DNA from: Clostridiales bacterium
GTDB taxonomy: Bacteria; Bacillota; Clostridia; Christensenellales; UBA1242
Direction of reading: 5' to 3'
DNA: 64,000 nucleotides
Assembly: GCA_015069395.1 (NCBI GenBank)
Contig: SVIR01000002.1
Coordinates: 82,005 to 146,004, forward strand
Shown here: positions 8,185 to 15,564 of the stretch, piece by piece
Position numbering within the stretch: the first letter of the stretch is position 1
Layout: every line of letters begins with the position of its first letter
Notes under the pieces: model-generated
What the model was told of the DNA's origin: nothing
Seen by the model: only the letters and a program-made list of their open reading frames with translations
The model's database searches: none
Program-made: the position numbers and the translations under genes

Positions 8185-9186
8185 ATGAAAAAGATTAAAT
8201 TTGCAATTGAAATAGGTGGTGGATATACCTGCATCTATGTTAGAGGTCAAGGACTAGCACTAAAAGAGCCTACTCTTGTTGCGGCAGAGCCAACTGCAGA
8301 TGGATACAAAGTTATTGCATTGGGCAATGACGCAAAAAAATTGGTTGGAAAAACCAAAGAAAACATTGAAATTTTTACTCCTTCACCAAGTGGAGAGTTT
8401 TCTCATTATGAATATTCAGTAATTTTGCTCAAACATTTCTTGAAAAAGGTTGGATTTAAAGCCCATGAAGACAATGCTTTAGTGATAGTTCCTTGTGGTC
8501 TTTCTGCAAAAGAGAAAGAAAATATCTTAAGTGTTTGTGAAGGTGCAAATATGGGATATGTTGTGCTTGTTCCTTCTGTTTTGTGTTCTTGTATCGGCGA
8601 GGGCAGAAGCATAGATACTTCAAAAGTCAATATGGTCGTTGATATCGGAGGAACTGCCACAGACCTTGCAGTAATCAATATGTCTACAATCTTAAAAGGA
8701 GCAACTTTGGGAATTGGAGGCAAGAGTATTGATGCTGCAATTGTAAATTATTTGGCGTATAGTCAAGAACTTGTTATTGGTCTACCAACAGCAGAAAGTT
8801 TGAAAAATGAAGTTGGAAGCCTTTATCTAAATGATACATTAAATATGGAAATTACTGGGGTTGATGCACAATCAAAATCTCCAAAAGGAGCAGTAATTTT
8901 GTCAAATGATTTGCGCAATGCAATTGAGCCATTTTTTAGCGAAATTGTAAGAGCTATTGATACAACAATCAACACTTTGCCACCAGAAATTGTTGCAGAT
9001 ATTATAAACAACAAGATTTTAGTAGTTGGTGGTTGTGCAAAGATGCAAGGATTGGAGGATTATTTAAAGAAAAATCTTAAATACCCAGTTGAAATCAGCA
9101 AAGATGTTGACAACACTACAATTTTGGGTGCAGGAAAACTTTTGTCGGACCAACAATTGTTGGACAGCATTTTAAAAAAGATATAA
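8185..9186 (+). CDS. mreB: MreB/Mbl-family actin-like protein (divergent)
   Basis: 333 aa. Blocks match MreB: KEPTLVA, ALGNDAKKLVGKT, NMVVDIGGTATDLAVI, GGKSIDAAIVNYL, IGLPTAESLKNEVGS, ILVVGGCAKMQGLEDYLKKNL. Confidence 0.7.
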   Translation: MKKIKFAIEIGGGYTCIYVRGQGLALKEPTLVAAEPTADGYKVIALGNDAKKLVGKTKENIEIFTPSPSGEFSHYEYSVILLKHFLKKVGFKAHEDNALVIVPCGLSAKEKENILSVCEGANMGYVVLVPSVLCSCIGEGRSIDTSKVNMVVDIGGTATDLAVINMSTILKGATLGIGGKSIDAAIVNYLAYSQELVIGLPTAESLKNEVGSLYLNDTLNMEITGVDAQSKSPKGAVILSNDLRNAIEPFFSEIVRAIDTTINTLPPEIVADIINNKILVVGGCAKMQGLEDYLKKNLKYPVEISKDVDNTTILGAGKLLSDQQLLDSILKKI

Positions 9187-9206
9187 AAATATAACATTTT
9201 TATTTA

Positions 9207-9236
9207 AAACAAACACCTTTTTTGGTGTTTTTTTGT
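9207..9236 (+). terminator. Intrinsic terminator after the MreB-like gene
   Basis: aaacacc-tttttt-ggtgttt followed by a T-run. Confidence 0.55.
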
Positions 9237-9329
9237 TTGTCAAAATGTGACAGAAACTTCTTTTTTTCAACAATTTTAAGCTTTGTTTTGAGAAAAAAAA
9301 GATTTATAATTTTTTTGAGGTTTGTTTTT

Positions 9330-10124
9330 ATGGCAAGAAAAATTGTTGTTACAAGTGGAAAAGGTGGGGTCGGAAAAAGCACAATTAGTGCAAATCTCGG
9401 CGTTTATCTTTCACGACTTGGATTTAGGGTGGCGTTGATAGATGCAGACATAGGACTAAACAATCTAGATGTAATTATGGGGGTTGAAAGACAAGTTGTT
9501 TTTGATATAACAGATGTAGTTGCTGGCAAATGTAGAGTAAGACAAGCTTTGGTACAAGACCCAAACTATCCATCATTGTACCTTTTGCCTTCTTCACATA
9601 CTTATTCTTCAAGCAAGATATCGGGAGAACATATAAAAAACATTTTGGACATAATAGAACACTCTTTTGATTACATCATAATAGACTGTCCAGCTGGAGT
9701 TGAGGCAGGGTTTCACAGGGCTGTATTTCCTGCTACAGAAGCTTTGGTTGTGGTTACGCCACATTTATCTTCTATTCGTGACGCAGACAAGGTTGTTGGG
9801 CTTTTGAGTGAATATAATATTGAAAGTAAAGGTTTGATAATAAATCGTATGAGAGGGGATTTGTTGTTGTCCGGAGAAATGCTAAATATTGAAAGTATTG
9901 TAAAATCTTTGGGCTTGCCACTTTTAGGAGTTGTGCCTGAAGACGATAAGGTTTCAAAAATGTCTTGTAACGGAAGAATTATGACAGATTGTGAGAGTGC
10001 AAGAGCTTTTACTTTGCTTTCTGAAAACATTCATAATGGGGGCAAAAAAATATATGATTGCACTTATAAATATAGAGGACTGCTGGGTTATTTTAAACGA
10101 AGCATAAAAAAGAAAATCGGCTAA
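9330..10124 (+). CDS. minD: Septum site-determining ATPase MinD
   Basis: Start moved to MARKIVVTSGKGGVGKST (deviant Walker A); SD gagg 9 nt upstream. IDADIGLNNLDVIMG. C-terminal amphipathic GLLGYFKRSIKKKIG. Confidence 0.85.
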   Translation: MARKIVVTSGKGGVGKSTISANLGVYLSRLGFRVALIDADIGLNNLDVIMGVERQVVFDITDVVAGKCRVRQALVQDPNYPSLYLLPSSHTYSSSKISGEHIKNILDIIEHSFDYIIIDCPAGVEAGFHRAVFPATEALVVVTPHLSSIRDADKVVGLLSEYNIESKGLIINRMRGDLLLSGEMLNIESIVKSLGLPLLGVVPEDDKVSKMSCNGRIMTDCESARAFTLLSENIHNGGKKIYDCTYKYRGLLGYFKRSIKKKIG

Positions 10125-10136
10125 TAGGAGGTTTGA

Positions 10137-10352
10137 ATGGAAAGGATAAACGAATTGCTTATTAAAGACAAGTTTTCAAATTTGGAGCAAGTCGCAGAAC
10201 TTTTAAAAGAAGAAATAACTCCTCTGGCACTAAATTTTTTTCTTATGTCAAAAGAGGTTACTGTTAGATATAAACGAGAGGGAAGTGGATATACTTTTAA
10301 TGTTGAAATTAAAGCTGATAGGGTTAAGCCTTTTGGGAGTAAAATTTTGTAG
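10137..10352 (+). CDS. minE: MinE-like topological specificity factor lacking the N-terminal membrane-targeting segment
   Basis: 71 aa, 12 nt after minD, with SD aggagg. N-terminal ERINELLIKDK aligns to the MinE ERLKLVLIHDR block. The C-terminal beta-rich part fits the specificity domain. Confidence 0.5.
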   Translation: MERINELLIKDKFSNLEQVAELLKEEITPLALNFFLMSKEVTVRYKREGSGYTFNVEIKADRVKPFGSKIL

Positions 10353-10380
10353 ATAATAAAAAATAAAGGCCAGATAGCCT

Positions 10381-12060
10381 TTAATTTTTTTTGAATAATT
10401 GTTTTGTAAAATTGAAGAGTAATATTACAAAAACCAAATAATAAGCAAGAGAAATAAAGAAATTTCCATAAGCGTATAGTGATGTTTTTAAGAAACCCGT
10501 CTGCATTGTTGCTCCACCTAAGAATGATGTCAAGTCTGCATGAATAAAAGGGAACAAACAATAAATCAAAAATTTGTTTAAGAAGATATTGCAAACAGTA
10601 GCTACTATAAATACAACGATAGCAATTGCAAAATTGATTTCAAATTTTCTAGACAAATTCATAATAAAGATAGTGATTATTGTATAGAAAATGGCTTGCA
10701 ACTCGATACCAATAATCTTTATCAAGAAAAACCAAATTGGACTTATCGTATAAGGTGTTGTCAAGTTGAATACTGCAAATATGCTGTTTGGCAATACAGG
10801 ACATACTAGTTTTCCCCAAAGCAAACTCAAACAAGCAAATACTAGCAAGAAGAATGATGTCGTAAATACAATTGCCAAAAATTTTCCAACAAAAACTTGT
10901 CCTGTTGTTACATTTTGAGAGAGAAGGGTGTCCATCTTTCCGGTTTTTCTATCTCTTCCAAACAATTTGTAGCCACAGAACATGGCAAACAAGATTATAA
11001 TCAAACCAATAATGCTCATTATGAAATATGCATAGTCAAACATAGAAACCTCATAAGAGGCAGTATTGAAATTCAAAGCTTGTTGATATTGTGTATAATA
11101 AAGCTCTTCGTCAGCCAAGAAATGTTTTGTTTTTACTATTTCAAGTTTGATTTCTTCTTGAGAAAACTCAGCATAAGAATAGTATTTATCTAAGTTTTTA
11201 TACATTCTTTTTACGGCCAGATTCAGTTCGTTTTCAATGGCTTTCTTTGTGCTTTCGCACGTAAGCTTATAATTTGTAATCAAACTTGTTAGAGCTTCTA
11301 TTTTTTCCTCTTCGTCCATAGAAGCCTTTGAAATCCTTTCAAGCTCTTTAGAAATCAAATCTTTTTTTGCAATCGCTTTGTCAAGATAGGCTGTTTGCAA
11401 ATTTGATAAAAGTTCGGGGTCTATTTTAAGGATTGAAACTGTTTCTGTGATTTGGTCTATTTGTTCGATTTTGTTTATATTTTGTACAAAATAATCGAGA
11501 TGGTCTGCAATCGAAACGGCTTTTAAAACTTGATTTTGAAAATCTTTTGCGATGGCTTCAAGTTGTTGAAAATTTTCTTTTTCAAAAATTAAATTGGTTT
11601 CAAAAGCAGACAACCCTTTTATGTAGTTTATAAAATCAAGCAAAAAGTAAACATTGTTTGTAATAGGGTTGATTGTGTTGTTTTGGGTATAAACGCAGTG
11701 TCCGTGATATTTGTAGTTTTGCAATTCGTTGTAAACTGTTTGAAAAGCATTGTTTATTGAGTTTAAATCGTCAACATCAAAACAAGAAGTTTGAATTGTT
11801 ATGTAATATTCCGCTTCAGATAGCATATTGTCAAGCTTTGTTTTTGTATCCAAATTTGGTTTTGTTGACTGAAAGTTTTGATAAATTTGAGTAGATGTTC
11901 CACCTGAAATTGAAGCTGTATAAGCTGGGGTGGTAGGAATCTTTATAAAAGAACCTAGCAAAATACAAGCGACTAAAAGAACTACAAAAACGACCAAAGT
12001 TATTGGGTTGAGTGAAAGTCTTTTAAAGTCATAGCCTGCTATTCTAAAAATCTTTTTCAT
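10381..12060 (-). CDS. ABC-2-type permease with a ~300-aa extracytoplasmic coiled-coil domain between TM1 and the C-terminal TM bundle
   Basis: 559 aa. TM1 ITLVVFVVLLVACILLGSF, then a long helical soluble region and 5 C-terminal TM helices. The start overlaps the upstream ATPase stop (TAATG). Confidence 0.65.
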   Translation of the reverse strand: MKKIFRIAGYDFKRLSLNPITLVVFVVLLVACILLGSFIKIPTTPAYTASISGGTSTQIYQNFQSTKPNLDTKTKLDNMLSEAEYYITIQTSCFDVDDLNSINNAFQTVYNELQNYKYHGHCVYTQNNTINPITNNVYFLLDFINYIKGLSAFETNLIFEKENFQQLEAIAKDFQNQVLKAVSIADHLDYFVQNINKIEQIDQITETVSILKIDPELLSNLQTAYLDKAIAKKDLISKELERISKASMDEEEKIEALTSLITNYKLTCESTKKAIENELNLAVKRMYKNLDKYYSYAEFSQEEIKLEIVKTKHFLADEELYYTQYQQALNFNTASYEVSMFDYAYFIMSIIGLIIILFAMFCGYKLFGRDRKTGKMDTLLSQNVTTGQVFVGKFLAIVFTTSFFLLVFACLSLLWGKLVCPVLPNSIFAVFNLTTPYTISPIWFFLIKIIGIELQAIFYTIITIFIMNLSRKFEINFAIAIVVFIVATVCNIFLNKFLIYCLFPFIHADLTSFLGGATMQTGFLKTSLYAYGNFFISLAYYLVFVILLFNFTKQLFKKN

Positions 12061-12977
12061 TATTCGCCCTCCTTAAAATAAGGAGTCAAATTTGCAAAGA
12101 TTTGCTCAGTTTTTTTGTTTAAAAAACCAGCTTTAAAGATTGGAATTTTGTTTAATGTCAAATGTTTTACGATTTTTGCAGTTTGGTCTTCGTCAGCATC
12201 AAATAAAACCTTGTTTCCAAGAAGTTTTACCCTAAGATCAAACTTTTCAAATACTATTTTTCCTACATAATTAGGATATTTTACTTGAACAAAAGCAAAA
12301 TTTTTGTCAGAGAGATAGTTTTCGCATTCTTTGTTGTCCAAAATTTCTCTAATTTGTCTGTTTTCCATAAGAATAAACTTCTCTGCTATATCCTCAACAA
12401 GTTCTAAGTTTTGAGTAGAAATAAGTATGGATGTGCCTGAAAGTTGCAAAGTCTTTAAGTGGTTTTTTATCATTTTGCAATAATCTTCTGGCAAGTTTTT
12501 GAAAGGTTCATCCAACAACAAAAGTTTTGGTTGAAACAAGAAAGCCAATGCAAGCGACATAAGTTTCTTTTCATAATATGACAAAAACAATACTTTTGTT
12601 TTTGCTTTGTGAGCCAAGCCAACTTTTCTTAAAGCCTCAACAATGTCGCTTTTTGAAAGTTTATCGTTGAATCTTGTGAGATAAGTCAAGTTTTCATAAA
12701 CAGACTGATATTTAAAAAATACAGGAGGATCTAAACAAACACCCACATTTTTCAAATGGGCAGTGTTTTTTGTTTCGTCGTTTCCGTCAAAATAGATTTG
12801 TCCTTCTGTTACAGGCAAAGATCCGGTTATGGCCTTGATTACAGAGGTCTTTCCAGATCTGTCTTCTCCGACAATGGCTAAGCATTGTCCTTGTTCCAAA
12901 GAAAAAGAGACGTTTTTTACTAAAAAACGATCTTTTATCAAAACTGACAAGTTGATAACTTCCAAAATTTTACTCAT
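12060..12977 (-). CDS. ABC transporter ATP-binding protein (degenerate signature and H-loop)
   Basis: Walker A GEDRSGKTS and Walker B LLLLDEP. The signature reads LSYYEKK instead of LSGGQ. The H-loop position reads STQ instead of STH. ~90-aa C-terminal extension. Confidence 0.75.
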   Translation of the reverse strand: MSKILEVINLSVLIKDRFLVKNVSFSLEQGQCLAIVGEDRSGKTSVIKAITGSLPVTEGQIYFDGNDETKNTAHLKNVGVCLDPPVFFKYQSVYENLTYLTRFNDKLSKSDIVEALRKVGLAHKAKTKVLFLSYYEKKLMSLALAFLFQPKLLLLDEPFKNLPEDYCKMIKNHLKTLQLSGTSILISTQNLELVEDIAEKFILMENRQIREILDNKECENYLSDKNFAFVQVKYPNYVGKIVFEKFDLRVKLLGNKVLFDADEDQTAKIVKHLTLNKIPIFKAGFLNKKTEQIFANLTPYFKEGE

Positions 12978-13063
12978 ATATTTATTATATCAAAGATATT
13001 TAAAAATGTAAAGGTCTTTTTTTTAAAATAGAAACTTTTTGACTTTTATTTTTCAAGGGAATA

Positions 13064-13095
13064 AAAAACAAAAAAAAGCTCTCGTTTTGAGAGCT
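13064..13095 (-). terminator. Intrinsic terminator of the DUF4364-like gene
   Basis: Minus strand: agctctc-aaaac-gagagct followed by a T-run. Confidence 0.6.
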
Positions 13096-13100
13096 GAATT

Positions 13101-13655
13101 TTAATCTATGCTTATGAGATTTTCAAAGATGTATTCGTAGATATTTGGAGCTCCTTGACGCCATTTTTTGCAAGCCTCTTCTGCAGCTTGGCGAGTAGGG
13201 GCTTTGATTTTGATTTCAAAAAGTGGGGTTGTGATAAGATTTTCATAAATTCTCATAACAACCAAATAAGAACCATCGTCAGCATCTGTATAGTTTGCAT
13301 AATACTCTTGTGATTGTTTGATGTTTAAGCGATTTGCTTTGCTATATTCGGTGATTTCGTCGCGAAGTTGATTTGGAATACGCTTATAAAAATAAGAAAG
13401 GCAATCACGGCCCTCAAAGGTGAGATTATATCTCATTTCACCTTCTTTGCAAGCCGTCTTATAAATTAATTTAGCTTCTGAAAGTTGATAAAGCAGATCA
13501 AGGCAGTCCATATAATTTATCCAGTTGTTTTTTACCGAACAAATTTCAATGATAGAGTTTTCTGTCAAGGGCATTTCCATTTTGTCTAGGCAGAAAAGAA
13601 TAATTAATTTGTTTGTTACTGCATCGTAATCTCTTTTGTTTTGTGCATCCATCAT
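13101..13655 (-). CDS. DUF4364-like small protein (putative winged-helix regulator family of Clostridia)
   Basis: The ORF track extends to 13670. I prefer ATG 13655 (MMDAQNK...) because TTGATT-17-TATTAT sits just upstream and there is no SD. Family-like pattern: NKLIILFCLDKMEMPLTENSI...YNLTFEGRDCL...KWRQGAPNIYEYI. Confidence 0.5.
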   Translation of the reverse strand: MMDAQNKRDYDAVTNKLIILFCLDKMEMPLTENSIIEICSVKNNWINYMDCLDLLYQLSEAKLIYKTACKEGEMRYNLTFEGRDCLSYFYKRIPNQLRDEITEYSKANRLNIKQSQEYYANYTDADDGSYLVVMRIYENLITTPLFEIKIKAPTRQAAEEACKKWRQGAPNIYEYIFENLISID

Positions 13656-13767
13656 TTTGAATAATAGCATTTTGATTAAAAAAAATCAATTTTTTTTTCA
13701 ACTTATTTGTGATTTAATTTGCTTTTTATTTCTTTTATGCTAAAATGAGATATATTACGGAGGTTTT

Positions 13768-14583
13768 ATGGAAGCAAGAAATATTCTTGAAGTGGAAAAA
13801 TTTGTATTGGCTTGCAATGATATGTTGAGTGGAAAGTTTTTGGATTTAAGCAAAAGACTTGACAGTTTTCTTTCTGTTATGACAAAGAGCCAAGACATAT
13901 TGGATTTGCTTGCCGAATGTTTGCAAGACTTTGAAGAAGAGATTGAGTTTCAAAAAGCTTTCTCTGTTGACAAGAAAACAGGAAGCGTAAGGGTTTCGTT
14001 GCCTACAGAAGAAACAAAAAAGCTTGCTTTGACAGTGACCATTTTAAATGATATTATAAACGACAAAATCAACCCAAATCAATTTTTAGAGACTTATTTT
14101 CAAGACAAAAAATTGACTCCAGTACAAAATTTTTTAGATAAAATTATCAAGCCTTTTAGAGATATTATTTGCAAAATGTTTGACCTTCAAACAAGTATTA
14201 CTGAAGAAGATATCAGAAAGCAAATTGAAGCAGAAAAAGAATTTGAAATACAAGAAGAAAAGCGTCAAGCAGAGGCACAATTTCCTCATTTGGACGAACT
14301 TTTAGCAGAGATAGTAAAAACTTGCAATCAAATTTTGGCTATGCTCAAATTTGAAACAAGAAGAACTGATGTGTTGGACGATGTAGAATTTGTAACCAAT
14401 TCGGTCGTTAAAGCTTGTGAAAAGAGAGATTTGATGGTTGTAAACGGTCTTGTTGTTGGACTTAATTATGTTGCAAAGAAGTTTAAAAATATTAGATCTT
14501 TTGTAATTGAACTCAACAATTTGATATATGATTATTATGAATTTTTAGCTGAGGGACAAACAGAACAAGAAGTGGAAGAATAA
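13768..14583 (+). CDS. Hypothetical helical/coiled-coil protein
   Basis: 271 aa, SD ggagg. No recognisable motifs. Acidic C-terminus. Confidence 0.6.
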   Translation: MEARNILEVEKFVLACNDMLSGKFLDLSKRLDSFLSVMTKSQDILDLLAECLQDFEEEIEFQKAFSVDKKTGSVRVSLPTEETKKLALTVTILNDIINDKINPNQFLETYFQDKKLTPVQNFLDKIIKPFRDIICKMFDLQTSITEEDIRKQIEAEKEFEIQEEKRQAEAQFPHLDELLAEIVKTCNQILAMLKFETRRTDVLDDVEFVTNSVVKACEKRDLMVVNGLVVGLNYVAKKFKNIRSFVIELNNLIYDYYEFLAEGQTEQEVEE

Positions 14584-14651
14584 ATCCACTTTTTTTATTA
14601 AAAATTTTAAAAAGCTTGAATTTTTTGTGTTTAATTTTCATAGATTGTTGT

Positions 14652-15386
14652 ATGAAAAAAGCACGAATTTTTACAATAAATTTTCACAGTTTTAGCACAA
14701 ACTTTATTATATTTGCAATGTTGATTTCTTTGTCTTTGATGGCAGTATTTGGTGTAAAAACCGTAGTTTCTTCAACAGTTATAAACGGGGTTTATTATAG
14801 TGGAGACGAAAACGCAAACAAAGTCTCTCTTATGATAAATGTTTATTGGGGAACTGAATATTTGGACGAGATGCTTGAGATTCTGGCAGAAAATGATGTT
14901 ACAACAACATTTTTTGTTGGTGGAACTTGGGCAGTTCAGCAAAGTGAGATGCTCAAAAAGATTTATGATCAAGGACACGAAATTGGAAATCACGGATATT
15001 ATCACAAAGACCAAGGAGAACTTACAGAGGCGAAAAATTATGAAGAAATTTTCAACACTCACAAATTGGTCAAAACATTAATTGGCATAGATATGAATTT
15101 GTTTGCTCCACCGAGTGGGTCTTACAACAAAAAAACTGTAGAGGTCGCTTCAGAACTGGGATATAAAACCATTATGTGGACAGAAGGCAAGGACACTATT
15201 GATTGGAGAGATAAAGATTCTGAATTGATTTACAAAAGAGCAACTAAAAATTGCAAGGGAGGAGATTTGATTTTAATGCACCCAACAGAAGCAACAAAAA
15301 ATGCTTTGGATCGCATTATAAAAACTTTGAAAGGGAATGGGCTTGAAGTTTGTACTGTAAGTAAAAATATAGGCCCAATTAGTTGA
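14652..15386 (+). CDS. Polysaccharide deacetylase (NodB homology domain; PdaB-like) with an N-terminal TM anchor
   Basis: Start moved to MKKARIF. VSLMINVYWGTEYL...TTTFFVGGTW...GHEIGNHGYYH...LILMHP. Confidence 0.75.
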   Translation: MKKARIFTINFHSFSTNFIIFAMLISLSLMAVFGVKTVVSSTVINGVYYSGDENANKVSLMINVYWGTEYLDEMLEILAENDVTTTFFVGGTWAVQQSEMLKKIYDQGHEIGNHGYYHKDQGELTEAKNYEEIFNTHKLVKTLIGIDMNLFAPPSGSYNKKTVEVASELGYKTIMWTEGKDTIDWRDKDSELIYKRATKNCKGGDLILMHPTEATKNALDRIIKTLKGNGLEVCTVSKNIGPIS

Positions 15387-15407
15387 TAAATTTGAAAAAT
15401 TTATTTA

Positions 15408-15490
15408 AATCACAAAAGGATTTGCAAACTATTGACAACAACAAACAAAAATAGTTTGAAAATTGTTAAATCTGTTTGTGATTTTTTTGT
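15408..15490 (+). terminator. Nested long hairpin plus T-run between the deacetylase gene and ftsK (a complex terminator or leader structure)
   Basis: Outer stem aaatcacaaa (15408-15417) / tttgtgattt (15475-84). Inner stem caaactatt (15425-33) / aatagtttg (15450-58). Followed by ttttttt. Confidence 0.4.
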
Positions 15491-15564
15491 AATAATGATA
15501 AAATAAATTTGTATATTGTTGGCGTAATCTTTTTTGGCGCCTTTTGAGATTGTTTGGGGGCTTT

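Noticed and set aside
9222-9329. N-terminal extensions in the ORF track (for example 9222 for minD, 37310 for the cyclase, 14616 for the deacetylase, 43667 for degV, 44559 for HIT-RNase H, 15544 for ftsK)
   Set aside because: The extensions are hydrophobic or low-complexity, lack an SD, and in some cases overlap neighbouring genes or terminators. Internal ATGs with good SDs coincide with the conserved family N-termini.
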